This document shows, piece by piece, positions 54,431-64,000 of a stretch of 64,000 nt of DNA. Below the pieces are notes generated by a model. It was not told the origin of the DNA, made no database searches, and saw only the letters and a list, made by a program, of their open reading frames with translations. Each line of letters opens with the position of its first letter. Positions within the stretch are counted from its first letter, which is position 1. The translations under genes and the position numbers were made by a program. Origin of the DNA: an uncultured Mycoplasmatota bacterium (GTDB taxonomy: Bacteria > Bacillota_I > Bacilli_A > RF39 > UBA660); NCBI GenBank assembly GCA_900546275.1, contig URCH01000001.1:132458-196457 (forward strand), in the 5' to 3' direction.

Positions 54431-56242
54431 ATGAAAAGAATAAAAAATATAGCAATTATAGCCCATGTCGATCATGGAAAAACAAAATTAGTAGATAAAT
54501 TGTTAGAAATGTCAAATACTTTTAGAGCAAATGAAGATATTAGTGAACTATCTATGGATTCAAACGCAATTGAAAGAGAAAGAGGAATAACAATATTAGC
54601 TAAAACAACAGCTATCAATTATAAAGACTATAGAATTAACATACTTGATACACCAGGACATGCTGACTTTGGTGGAGAAGTAGAAAGAATTATGAATATG
54701 GTTGATGGTGTTCTTTTAGTAGTAGATGCATATGAAGGCCCTATGCCACAAACTAAATTCGTATTAAAAAAAGCATTAGCAGCAGGTGTAACTCCAATTG
54801 TCGTAGTTAATAAAATAGATAAACCTACTGCAAGACCAAAACAAGTTGTAGATGAAGTAATAGATTTATTTATTGAACTTGGTGCGGATATAGATCAATT
54901 AGATTTCCCTGTTATATATGCTTCAGCACTTAATGGTACATCAAGTATGTCTCCAGAAATAGAAACTCAAGAACCAACTATGGATTATGTTTTAGATACA
55001 GTTATAAATACTATTCCAGACCCTAAAGTAGATTTAAATGGATCATTACAATTCCAACCTGCTTTATTAGATTATAACGATTATGTTGGTAGAATTGGAA
55101 TTGGTCTTGTTAAAAGAGGCAAAATTAAAGTAAATCAAATGGTTTCTTGTATGAGATTAGATGGAACTATTAAACAATTTAGAATTGCTAAACTATTTGG
55201 ATTCTTTGGTTTAAATAAAGTTGAAATAGAAGAAGCAGAAGCCGGAGATATAATAGCAATTTCAGGGTTACCTGATATTTCAGTTGGAGAAACTGTATGT
55301 GAAGTTGGTAAAGAAGAAGCTCTTCCAATCTTGAGAATAGATGAACCAACATTACAAATGACATTTGGTGTAAATACTAGTCCATTTTGTGGTAGAGATG
55401 GTAAATTATTAACAGCAAGAAAAATTGAAGAAAGATTATTCAAGGAAACAGAAAAAGATGTAAGTTTAAAAGTAGTTCCAGGAGATTCAGAGTCATTTAT
55501 AGTTTCTGGACGTGGTGAATTGCATCTTGGAATATTAATTGAAAACATGAGACGTGAAGGCTTTGAACTTCAAGTTTCAAAACCAGCAATAATAATAAAA
55601 GAAGTAGATGGAGTTAAAATGGAACCATACGAAGATCTACAATTAGATGTTCCAGAAGAATGTGTAGGTAATATTATAGAACAACTTGGTATGAGAAGTG
55701 CTACTATGGAAAATATGACTAATGTTGGTAATCAAGTAAGATTAACTTATACAATTCCATCAAGAGGATTACTAGGATTTACAACAGACTTTATGACTTT
55801 AACTAAAGGTTATGGAATAATAAATCATTCATTTAAAGAATTTAGACCATATCAAAATGTAGATGTTGGTGAAAGAAAATTAGGCGTTTTGGTTTCAATG
55901 GAAAACGGAAAATCAACTGCATATGCATTAGGTCAACTTGAAGACAGAGGAACAATGTTTATTGAACCTGGTGTAGATGTTTACGAAGGTATGATTGTTG
56001 GTGAACATACTAGAGATAATGACTTAGCTGTAAATGTTGTAAAAGGTAAAAATTTAACTAATACAAGAAGTGCAGGAAAAGATCATACTGTAGTATTAAA
56101 AAGACCTAGACCTATAACATTGGAATATGCACTTGATTATATTAATTCAGATGAATTAGTAGAAGTTACACCTAATAATGTAAGATTAAGAAAAAAAGTT
56201 TTAAATACAGAACAAAGAAAGAAATTAGATGCAAGAAAATAA
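54431..56242 (+). CDS. typA: translational GTPase TypA/BipA
   Basis: [24 protein letters not shown]; 603 aa. Confidence 0.9.
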   Translation: MKRIKNIAIIAHVDHGKTKLVDKLLEMSNTFRANEDISELSMDSNAIERERGITILAKTTAINYKDYRINILDTPGHADFGGEVERIMNMVDGVLLVVDAYEGPMPQTKFVLKKALAAGVTPIVVVNKIDKPTARPKQVVDEVIDLFIELGADIDQLDFPVIYASALNGTSSMSPEIETQEPTMDYVLDTVINTIPDPKVDLNGSLQFQPALLDYNDYVGRIGIGLVKRGKIKVNQMVSCMRLDGTIKQFRIAKLFGFFGLNKVEIEEAEAGDIIAISGLPDISVGETVCEVGKEEALPILRIDEPTLQMTFGVNTSPFCGRDGKLLTARKIEERLFKETEKDVSLKVVPGDSESFIVSGRGELHLGILIENMRREGFELQVSKPAIIIKEVDGVKMEPYEDLQLDVPEECVGNIIEQLGMRSATMENMTNVGNQVRLTYTIPSRGLLGFTTDFMTLTKGYGIINHSFKEFRPYQNVDVGERKLGVLVSMENGKSTAYALGQLEDRGTMFIEPGVDVYEGMIVGEHTRDNDLAVNVVKGKNLTNTRSAGKDHTVVLKRPRPITLEYALDYINSDELVEVTPNNVRLRKKVLNTEQRKKLDARK

Positions 56243-56288
56243 TTTCTTTTTTTGTAAGTTGAGAAAAAAAACAATATGTAAAATATTG

Positions 56289-57263
56289 TTAATTTAAAGC
56301 AGACTCAATAAGATATGTAATTAGGTCTTTACATGAAAAATTTTTATTTGTAAGTAGCATAGGATACATACTGATATCTGTGAATCCTGGTATTGTATTG
56401 ATTTCATTTAAATAAATTTTATCATTATAGAAAAAGTCAATTCTGGCCATACCACAACATCCTAAAAAATTAAATGCCTTTTTAGCTAGTGCTTGAATTT
56501 GTATTTTAACGTTGTGTGGAATATCTGCGGGTATTATAGTTTTAGAACTAGAATCATTATATTTAGCTTCATAATCATAAAAATCACTGTTTGTTTTAAT
56601 TTCTCCAATATCTGATATAACCAATTTATCTGTTCCTCTAATTGCGCATTCTAACTCTTTTGCATTAATAAACTTTTCCACAATAATTTTATTATCATAT
56701 TTTAAAGCTTCATTAATAAAAAGTTTAAGTTCCTTTTTATTAGTAGCTTTATTAATTCCTATAGATGAACCACTTTTACATGGTTTAATTATCATTGGAA
56801 ATCCAATTTTTTTAATTATTTCTTTCATATTATAATCTTTAGATATACAAACATAATCTACTTGCGGAATATTATAACTATTAAGAATTATCTTAGTTAA
56901 TTCTTTATCATAACAAAGTAAGTTGCTACAAGGATTGCATCCAACATATTTTATTTTAAACAATTCAAGCATACTTTGTATTTTTCCATCTTCACATGTA
57001 TTACCATGAATTATAGGAAAAACAACATCAAAACCTTTAATAAACTCTATAATATTTGTAATTTTTTCTATATTTGAATCTAGCCAATTTCCATTAGTTA
57101 AAAAATCATAATTGTCATTAAAAACATACCAATCTTCTTTTATACCCACACTAGTAACTTCATATTTATTTTTATCAATGTTTTCTAATATAGTTCTAGC
57201 CGATTTGCAGGAAACGTAATGTTCATTAGAGTCTCCACCAAAAAGAATTAATACTTTTTTCAC
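56289..57263 (-). CDS. ddl: D-alanine--D-alanine ligase
   Basis: LILFGGDSNEHYVS N-terminus, ATP-grasp C-terminus. Start at GTG 57263 with GAGGTG RBS; the track ORF starts 12 codons upstream at an ATG lacking an RBS. Confidence 0.85.
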   Translation of the reverse strand: MKKVLILFGGDSNEHYVSCKSARTILENIDKNKYEVTSVGIKEDWYVFNDNYDFLTNGNWLDSNIEKITNIIEFIKGFDVVFPIIHGNTCEDGKIQSMLELFKIKYVGCNPCSNLLCYDKELTKIILNSYNIPQVDYVCISKDYNMKEIIKKIGFPMIIKPCKSGSSIGINKATNKKELKLFINEALKYDNKIIVEKFINAKELECAIRGTDKLVISDIGEIKTNSDFYDYEAKYNDSSSKTIIPADIPHNVKIQIQALAKKAFNFLGCCGMARIDFFYNDKIYLNEINTIPGFTDISMYPMLLTNKNFSCKDLITYLIESALN

Positions 57264-57440
57264 AATATACACCTCATTAAACAATATGTTTTTAAACAAA
57301 AAAAATGTTAATTCTTCTTAAACATTTGCATATTATTTAATTGTATGATATAGTTAATTTGGTTTAAAAATTATTAAGTGTATTCTATATAAGAACTCCT
57401 TTACAACTATTAAATCAATGATGTGTAAAGGAGGAAAAGT

Positions 57441-57596
57441 ATGCAAGATAAAACTAAAGCTTGCAAAGATTGTGGAAAAGAATTTATTTTTACTGTTGGT
57501 GAACAAGAATTTTATAAAGAAAAAGGTTTTACTAATGAACCAGTAAGATGTAAAGAATGCAGAGATAAAAGAAAAGCAGAAAAAATGTCTAAATAG
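57441..57596 (+). CDS. small zinc-ribbon protein (CxxC-x19-CxxC), 51 aa
   Basis: Not in track. MQDKTKACKDCGKEFIFTVGEQEFYKEKGFTNEPVRCKECRDKRKAEKMSK; AAAGGAGGA RBS; TTGCAT-17-TATAGT promoter at 57349..57378. Confidence 0.5.
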   Translation: MQDKTKACKDCGKEFIFTVGEQEFYKEKGFTNEPVRCKECRDKRKAEKMSK

Positions 57597-57606
57597 GATT
57601 TTTATC

Positions 57607-58296
57607 CTATTTTTTTTGATAGATTTTTTCTTTAAACTTAAGTACTTCGTTTTCATAATAAGGAATTATTTCAACAACATAATTATATTTGTTTGAAAAA
57701 GTTATTTTAATATTTGAAAAATCATTGTTTCTAATAACAATATTTTTTTTGTCAATTTTTTCATTAAAGTATATTAAATTAATTTCGCTATATTTGTTAT
57801 TATCTGTTTCAATTTCATTTATTGTAAAATTATAAATTTCATCATTTATATTTATTATTAAATAATTATCAGATTTATCAATTTTAATTATTTCATCATT
57901 TTCATTTGCATTATAATTTTGTATATTTGTAATACTATAAAATTTATTATTATATTTTTTTTCTAAATCTTCTAGATTATTTAGTATGTCCTCTACTTTT
58001 TTGATATTAGTAGAACAGTACATATTATTATCAAAAAATTCCATATAATAATTATTAGAAATATATATATTATATAAGTTATTATTAGTTATGATTTGTA
58101 AGTTTTTTCCTTCAACTGATTTATTTTTATGACATTTGAAATTTAGTTTTAATAAATCATTTTTAATTATATTGTAATCTTCATTTATAAATACAGTATC
58201 ATTATATTTAATTAAATTTATATTATCTAATTCAAGTTTTTTATTAGAACATCCCGTCATTGTTAATAAAAACATTATTATAAATATATATTTCAT
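57607..58296 (-). CDS. hypothetical lipoprotein
   Basis: Lipobox LTMTGCS; N/Y/K-rich 229-aa protein. Confidence 0.5.
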   Translation of the reverse strand: MKYIFIIMFLLTMTGCSNKKLELDNINLIKYNDTVFINEDYNIIKNDLLKLNFKCHKNKSVEGKNLQIITNNNLYNIYISNNYYMEFFDNNMYCSTNIKKVEDILNNLEDLEKKYNNKFYSITNIQNYNANENDEIIKIDKSDNYLIININDEIYNFTINEIETDNNKYSEINLIYFNEKIDKKNIVIRNNDFSNIKITFSNKYNYVVEIIPYYENEVLKFKEKIYQKK

Positions 58297-58358
58297 ATTA
58301 TCACCTCGTATATATTATGAGTAAAAAAAATAAAAAAAATACTTGGAATACCAAGCAT

Positions 58359-58916
58359 TTAAATTTTATTTTCTAAGTAGTAATTTCTTAATTCTTTAAA
58401 TCTTTGATAATGAATTATTTCTCTTTGACGTAAGAAAGATAAAGGACCTAATACATCTGGATCATTAGTTAAATCCATTAAATGTTCATATGTAGCTCTA
58501 GCTCTTTGTTCAGATGCCATATCTGACTCTAAGTCAGCAATATAATCCCCAGTCGTTGCTATATAAGCACTTGTAAATGGTATTCCATTTGGATCTGCTG
58601 GAAATAATGCATGGTTAAATTGAGTAAAGTGTCCTCCAAGACCTGCTTTATCCAATTCTTCGATAGTTGCACCTTCCATTAATTGAAATGCCATTGTAGA
58701 TATCATTTCTACGTGTCCAAGTTCTTCGGTACCAATATCAGTTAAAAGTGCTTTACCTTTTTCATCTGGCATTGTATATCTTTGATTTAAATATTGTAAT
58801 GCAGCAGATAGTTCACCATATGGCCCTCCATATTGAGCTAATAAATATTTTGCAAGTTTTAAATCCTTATTTCTTATATTTATAGGATATTCTAACTTTT
58901 TTTCATATTTCCACAT
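58359..58916 (-). CDS. cotJC: spore coat protein CotJC (manganese catalase family)
   Basis: MWKYEKKLEYP...YGGPYGELSAALQYLNQRYTMPD...TEELGHVEMI closely parallels B. subtilis CotJC. Confidence 0.85.
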   Translation of the reverse strand: MWKYEKKLEYPINIRNKDLKLAKYLLAQYGGPYGELSAALQYLNQRYTMPDEKGKALLTDIGTEELGHVEMISTMAFQLMEGATIEELDKAGLGGHFTQFNHALFPADPNGIPFTSAYIATTGDYIADLESDMASEQRARATYEHLMDLTNDPDVLGPLSFLRQREIIHYQRFKELRNYYLENKI

Positions 58917-58926
58917 ATTTTACCTC

Positions 58927-59379
58927 CTATTTCTTTTCCCATGGCCAAGGTGCATTATCCCAAGCCCAAGGAAATGTATTTAATGAATTACTAGTTAATT
59001 CTAATGGACCATATTTGCTTTCGTATTTTTTTGTGTATTCATCAGCTTGCATTCTATATTGATTGAAAAGTTCTAATGCCCCTCTATCATTTGGATAAAC
59101 ATCTAAATAAAGATTTAAATCAATCATAGCAAATGTTAATGCATCTACATAAGTTAATAATTCTGCTTGTTCATTCATTGGAGTTATTTCAAGTGGTTTA
59201 TTTAGTTTATAACTATTGTATAGTTCAGGAAACATGTTTCCTCTTATAAATCCATTATATGGATCATAAATTTGTTTATCTTGAATATTTTGATCATACA
59301 AAGGTTGATTATAATTATTATTTGCATAATTATAATAATCTTTAGTCATATTGTACGTATTCATTATTTCCTCCTTCAA
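58927..59379 (-). CDS. cotJB: spore coat protein CotJB
   Basis: CotJB-like ...LNLYLDVYPNDRGALELFNQY...; immediately upstream of cotJC; GGAGGA RBS. Confidence 0.75.
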   Translation of the reverse strand: MKEEIMNTYNMTKDYYNYANNNYNQPLYDQNIQDKQIYDPYNGFIRGNMFPELYNSYKLNKPLEITPMNEQAELLTYVDALTFAMIDLNLYLDVYPNDRGALELFNQYRMQADEYTKKYESKYGPLELTSNSLNTFPWAWDNAPWPWEKK

Positions 59380-59513
59380 TTTATTGTATGGAATTGGTTA
59401 TTTAGTGTATAGGTTATTGTCTAATTAATATTTTTTTTATAAAACCCTTGTAAAATGTAAAAAAAATTGTTAAAATAGTGTCTGTACAAGTTGAATTGTA
59501 CAAGTATGAGCAT

Positions 59514-59590
59514 GGCGAGTATGGTGAAGGGGTTAACACGGCGGATTGTGGTTCCGTTATGCTAGGGTTCGAATCCCTATACTCGCCCCA
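59514..59590 (+). tRNA. tRNA-His (anticodon GTG) with G-1:C73 extra base pair, CCA encoded
   Basis: Cloverleaf: 8-bp acceptor GGCGAGTA/TACTCGCC, D-arm GTGa-AGGGGTTA-aCAC, anticodon stem GCGGA/TCCGT with loop TTGTGGT, 5-nt variable loop, T-arm TAGGG-TTCGAAT-CCCTA, then CCA. Terminator CAGACTAtttaTAGTCTG plus T8 follows at 59607..59632. Confidence 0.85.
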
Positions 59591-59637
59591 TATTTTGAAA
59601 TTAATTCAGACTATTTATAGTCTGTTTTTTTTGATTA

Positions 59638-61207
59638 GTGTAAAGAGTTTTGGGGATTTTCAATTAATTCTTAAGACTCTTTTATTATGTAATTATATTA
59701 TTATATATATTTAATTGCATTTGGAGTAAATAATTTATCTTTATAATAATGTATAAATTGTTTATATTTATCAAAGATATCATAGTTTAAATGCTCAATA
59801 GAAATACTTTTAATTTTTGTTGAATTAAAGTTATTAAAAAATAATTTTTTAATATTTTGACCATTTATATTATTTACTCTTAAATCTAATATTTTTTCTA
59901 TCATTATATGGGAATAACCTTTAGGTCTGGAAGAAGTTAAACAAGCAATATTATGTGATATTTGAGATTCCATAGGGCAACTCATTTTATATTTATATAA
60001 GTTTTGAATTACTTTCCAATTGGATATAATATATTCATATTTTTTATTAATTGTATCTTCACGTTTAGGATTATTATTTCTAATAAAATCAACAAGAGTG
60101 TTAAAAGACTTTTTATTATTTTCTAATATAAATTTTAATAAATATGCTTCATAATTTTGTGACATAGCTAAATTGTGAAGAGCTTGTTTAAAATGAAATT
60201 TATCTAAACAAAATATCACATCAATATCTTTATTAAATTTATAGTGCTGAGGAAGATCTTTAATCCATTTGGCACCATCACCCATAACAAAAATACGTTT
60301 AATTTTATCTGTATCATAAACATTATTAATATAATCTAAAGATTTATCAATAATGTTTTTAGTAGGAGAAGCAAATACTTTCTTATTTTTTAAGTATCTT
60401 CTTTTGCCATCTTTATTGTAACCATCAAATATTACAATGCTTTTAGTCATAACTTTTTTATCACGATCGTTCTTTTTATGTTTAGAACCATCTTTTTTCT
60501 TTGAGTAGAAATCCATTTTTCATCAGCTATTATATATAGTTCCTCAGGAGTATCAAGTTCGGCATTTATTTCTTTGGAAAGGAGTGAATTAAGAATTATA
60601 TTTCTAGCTGATTGACGTGACAAGTATTTAGTTTTTTTATTTAAAGAAACACGATTACCAATTAATTCATTAATATCACGACAAGCTTTAGAAATAGAAT
60701 CCTCAGAAGCTTTTTCAATTACTAAAGCTTGAATATAAGGATCAAAATACTGATATTTTTTAAGACCTAATTTTCTATCAACATAACAAAATGATTTGTT
60801 ATTTAATTTACTTTTAAAGAAGTGTCTTTTAATTGTGATTTCACCAAATATAGTAAGTATAGTTCTTTCACAATAATCTTTAATATCATATTTTCGCTTT
60901 CTTTCATAGGAATTAGTATACTCCTTGTCTAGATTTTCAATGTATGATTGAATAGCTAAAATAATGCTTTTATTAATAACTTCATCGAAGGATTTAATCA
61001 AATTAATATAATTATTAACATTATCTATAGAATTAATCGCGAGGTTAACAGTAGCTTTAGAAATTTCATTAATTATTAAATTTTTAATCATTTCATTATA
61101 ATTTTGTGATATACTAGTCATATGGAAGACCTCCTTGAATGTTTTCGTTAATTAAATTTTATCAAGGGTCTTCCTTTTTGTATACTTCTCCCCAAACCAT
61201 TTTACGC
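59638..61207 (-). mobile_element. insertion sequence (~1.57 kb) with imperfect ~20-bp terminal inverted repeats
   Basis: Left end GTGTAAAGAGTTTTGGGGA (59638..59656) versus reverse complement of right end GCGTAAAATGGTTTGGGGA (61189..61207). Contains one transposase gene split over two frames; sits 47 bp downstream of tRNA-His. Confidence 0.6.
59701..61121 (-). pseudogene. IS transposase split by a frameshift: 60447..61121 (N-terminal part) and 59701..60516 (C-terminal part)
   Basis: Two overlapping ORFs in different frames meet at an A-run (CAAAGAAAAAAGATGG). Together about 480 aa. Motifs FVMGDGAKWIK and IIADEKWIS resemble ISLre2/UPF0236-type transposases (family assignment tentative). The frameshift could be mutational or programmed. 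Confidence 0.5.
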
Positions 61208-61283
61208 TATCTTTTTTTGTTAAAATTTGACAAATAGTATATATGCTGATAGAATATGAGGCGATATTTTAAAGGGGGATATT

Positions 61284-62066
61284 ATGGATAAACTAGATTT
61301 AAATGAAAAAACAAAATTAAGACCAAGAGTTGTTTCATTTATGATTGATGAAGCAAATGAAGACATAAAATTTGAAAATGGCATAGCTGCAATAAAAATT
61401 AAAATTCTTGCTTTAAGTTTTGATGAAAATTGTACATATAGTTGTGCTGGAATAATAGACGAGAAATTTAAAGAAATATTTAATGATTCAACAGAAATAG
61501 GTCAAAATTTAATGTTTTTAAATAAAAATAAAGACTTAATTAGAGTAGATGCAGAAAACTTTATTTCAATAAGAGAATATAACGATTATGATGGTTACCA
61601 CAAATACTCAAATCACATAAGAATAAAAGATAAAATAGCTACTTATATTAATAAAAATTTACCTGTAGCAACCAAAACGTTTAATCCAGAAGTATTTATA
61701 TGTGATAATCAGTTATATAGTGCGAAGTTAGGTAAATATATCACAAGAAAATATACAAAAATTGAATCTTTAGAGCCAAGATACGATGGTGATTACAGAT
61801 ACTTAGTAATAGATAAAATAAATTCAAAAACAGAAGAAGTAAATAATCCAGAAATAGAAACAGATTCATTAAATGATACCTTTATATTTGAAATTAATGA
61901 AAATGATGAAATAATATCAGGAATATATTCAAAACTAAATTTAGACTGGTATACAAATTTAAAAATCGGAAAAAATTATACATATGACGAAATAAGAGAT
62001 CAAAGATTAGAAGAACTAAATACTTCATTAGAAATAGGTAAAAAATGCTTGCAAAAAATAGGATAG
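61284..62066 (+). CDS. hypothetical protein, 260 aa, no recognisable domain
   Basis: ORF with RBS AAAGGGGGA; followed by perfect-palindrome terminator AACTAGTACATGTACTAGTT plus T6 (62096..62120). Confidence 0.4.
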   Translation: MDKLDLNEKTKLRPRVVSFMIDEANEDIKFENGIAAIKIKILALSFDENCTYSCAGIIDEKFKEIFNDSTEIGQNLMFLNKNKDLIRVDAENFISIREYNDYDGYHKYSNHIRIKDKIATYINKNLPVATKTFNPEVFICDNQLYSAKLGKYITRKYTKIESLEPRYDGDYRYLVIDKINSKTEEVNNPEIETDSLNDTFIFEINENDEIISGIYSKLNLDWYTNLKIGKNYTYDEIRDQRLEELNTSLEIGKKCLQKIG

Positions 62067-62133
62067 TTTAAAAATAAAAGATATATATATTATAGAACTA
62101 GTACATGTACTAGTTTTTTTGTGAGGTGAAAAT

Positions 62134-64000
62134 ATGGATTATACAAAAAAAATACTAAGTAAAGATAAATATATATCTAGAAAAGAATTAACAAAATTAG
62201 TAAACAATTTAAAACTCAAGGGAATAATTTTAGATAATGAAAAATTATTAACTATGGTTAAGTATCATAATGACAAATTTATAATAAAAAAACAAAAAGA
62301 ATATAAAAATTATTTTGAACATATATTTGATGAAGTTGATCCAAATATAAAATTAGATGAAGAACAAATTAAAACAATATTAACCGATCAGGATTATTGT
62401 CTTGTGGTGGCAGGTGCAGGAAGTGGAAAAACGACTACCATGTCTGCAAAAGTTAAATATTTAATAGAAAAACAAAACGTAAATCCTAATAACATAATAA
62501 TTATGTCATTTACAAAAAAAGCAACTGAAGAATTGGAAGATAGAATTAATAAACAATTTAAATTAGGTGCAAAAGTAACGACATTTCACAGATTAGGAAT
62601 GGAGATAATAAAAAAAAGTTATAAAAAATCTATAAAAGTTATAACAGAAGAGCAAAAACAACAAATACTAAAAGATTTTATTGTGGAAAACTTATTTTAT
62701 GATAAAAAGCTTTTAAAAAAAATAAATGACGCTTTTTGTAACTATTTGTTATTTGATAGAAAAGTAAAAAAATACAAAACATTTGATGATTATTATATAT
62801 ATTATATAAAAAAAATATATAAACAAAATAAGACAAATATAAATGAATATAATGAAAAAATAATTAAAGAAAAAATGTTAAACCATACTGCAATAAATAA
62901 TCAAGAGTATAATGAAAAAACCAAGATATTAATTTCCAATTTTTTATTTAAATTAAATATCCCTTATTACGACAAAAAAAGTTTTCCACATAAAAATAAA
63001 TTCATGACAATAGAAAATAAAGATAATACTAGTTTTTTTACATTAAATGATGAATTATACTATGAAGAAATAAAAAAAATAGGTTATTCTTTTAAAAAGA
63101 ATATACAAGAAATATTTGATAACAAGAAAGTATATAATAAATTTGAAAAAAAATTAATAAAAAGTTGTAGTTTTAAAGAAAAAACAGATAAAGAAATTTT
63201 TACAGAACTTATGAATTATAAAAAAGAAGACTTATTTTCAAGATTTGTATCGCTTTCAATTAACTTTATATCACGGTTCAAAGAAAAAAACTACACAATA
63301 AATGATATAGATATAATATATAAAAAAATAAAAGATACACATTTGAAACAACAACTTAAATATATAAAATTAGTAATAAATTATTATAATGATTATTTAA
63401 AAAAAAATAATTTGATTGATTTTGAAGATATGATAAATTATGCATATGATACCATAGAAAACTATAAAAAAATCAACAAAAATGTAAATTATGATTACAT
63501 TATAATAGATGAATACCAAGATGTTTCTAAACAAAAATACAAATTTATAAAAAAGCTTTCAGATTTATATGAAGCTAAAATACTTGCTGTAGGTGATGAT
63601 TGGCAATCAATATTTGAATTCTCTGGTTCTGAAGTTTCAATATTTACCAATTTTTTTAATATGATGGGGTATGGTGAAATATTAAAAATAACTAATACAT
63701 ATAGAAATAGTCAAGAACTCATAGATGTAGCAGGAAATTTTATTTTAAAAAATAAAAATCAAATTCAAAAACAACTAAAATCAAATAAACATATAGAAAA
63801 TCCAATAGAAATACACTATTATAATGATGAAAATATAAATGAAAAAGTTGATTTAATTATAGAAATATTAAAAAAAATTTATATTAAAAATAATAAATCA
63901 AAAATATTATTAATGGGAAGATACAATGATGATATCAATTTTCTTATAGAAAGTAATAAATTTATAAAAACAGAAAATAATAAAATAGTTTTAAAAAAAA
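62134..64000 (+). CDS. UvrD/Rep-like superfamily 1 helicase with N-terminal extension (5' part; continues past window end)
   Basis: Not in track because it is open at the window edge. Translation MDYTKKILSKDKY... has Walker A VVAGAGSGKTTTM (~aa 95-107), motif II IIIDEYQDVS, motif III AVGDDWQSIFEFSG, and ITNTYRNSQELI. About 360 aa separate motifs I and II. Confidence 0.7.
   Translation, partial: MDYTKKILSKDKYISRKELTKLVNNLKLKGIILDNEKLLTMVKYHNDKFIIKKQKEYKNYFEHIFDEVDPNIKLDEEQIKTILTDQDYCLVVAGAGSGKTTTMSAKVKYLIEKQNVNPNNIIIMSFTKKATEELEDRINKQFKLGAKVTTFHRLGMEIIKKSYKKSIKVITEEQKQQILKDFIVENLFYDKKLLKKINDAFCNYLLFDRKVKKYKTFDDYYIYYIKKIYKQNKTNINEYNEKIIKEKMLNHTAINNQEYNEKTKILISNFLFKLNIPYYDKKSFPHKNKFMTIENKDNTSFFTLNDELYYEEIKKIGYSFKKNIQEIFDNKKVYNKFEKKLIKSCSFKEKTDKEIFTELMNYKKEDLFSRFVSLSINFISRFKEKNYTINDIDIIYKKIKDTHLKQQLKYIKLVINYYNDYLKKNNLIDFEDMINYAYDTIENYKKINKNVNYDYIIIDEYQDVSKQKYKFIKKLSDLYEAKILAVGDDWQSIFEFSGSEVSIFTNFFNMMGYGEILKITNTYRNSQELIDVAGNFILKNKNQIQKQLKSNKHIENPIEIHYYNDENINEKVDLIIEILKKIYIKNNKSKILLMGRYNDDINFLIESNKFIKTENNKIVLKK

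Noticed and set aside
57354-57656. 100-aa minus-strand ORF
   Set aside because: It is antisense to the RBS- and promoter-supported 51-aa zinc-ribbon gene. Its translation is low-complexity F/K/I-rich and it has no SD.
59514-59590. tRNA-Sec (8/5 acceptor/T-stem) interpretation of the 8-bp acceptor tRNA
   Set aside because: The variable loop is only 5 nt, the D-stem is short, and the anticodon loop TTGTGGT gives GTG. The eighth acceptor pair is the G-1:C73 pair diagnostic of tRNA-His.
59478-59714. 78-aa plus-strand ORF in the track
   Set aside because: It spans the tRNA-His gene and its terminator, so it cannot be protein-coding.

Overview
This is the AT-rich (about 25-27% GC) replication-origin region of an endospore-forming Firmicute. 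It uses the standard genetic code: TGA is read as stop, and long ORFs such as gyrA and mnmG are intact. Sporulation genes present are spoIIR, spoIID, a spoIIQ-like gene, spoIIID, whiA, cotJB/cotJC and a spoVB-like gene.

Gene layout:
- Minus-strand block: yaaT(partial)-holB-recR-ybaB-dnaX-tadA-SRP RNA-[4 tandem parS]-gyrA-gyrB-recF-comK-like-dnaN-dnaA.
- oriC sits at 14.2-14.6 kb, with DnaA boxes of the TGTGGAAAA/TGTGGATAA type. A second DnaA-box cluster lies in the dnaA-dnaN spacer.
- Plus-strand block: rpmH-rnpA-yidC-jag-HD-mnmE-mnmG-rsmG-parB-like-uvrB-yvlD-like-lgt-trxB-yvcK-whiA-DHH-rplI-dnaB-MBL-rlmH-spoIIR-DUF204-murA.
- Divergent alr/ATP-grasp and SAM-riboswitch-metK/aminotransferase/ATP-grasp units follow.
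- Next come cell-wall and sporulation genes: M23 peptidases, a spoVB-like gene, spoIID, a spoIIQ-like gene, spoIIID and mreB.
- Then typA, ddl and cotJB/cotJC.
- Finally a tRNA-His, followed immediately by an IS element with a frameshifted transposase, a hypothetical gene, and a UvrD-like SF1 helicase gene that runs off the window end.

Most notable observations:
- Four phased consensus parS sites sit inside ~105-bp tandem repeats.
- The only ParB homolog carries a ~300-aa low-complexity linker, has no adjacent ParA, and has a repeated motif embedded in its promoter.
- A ComK-family gene occupies the dnaN-recF slot.
- A domain-minimal GdpP-position DHH protein has a degenerate GGGH motif.
- A riboswitch-controlled metK is co-operonic with a PLP enzyme and an ATP-grasp ligase, opposite an alr/ATP-grasp pair.
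- A candidate island begins at tRNA-His.

No CRISPR array or rRNA was seen.
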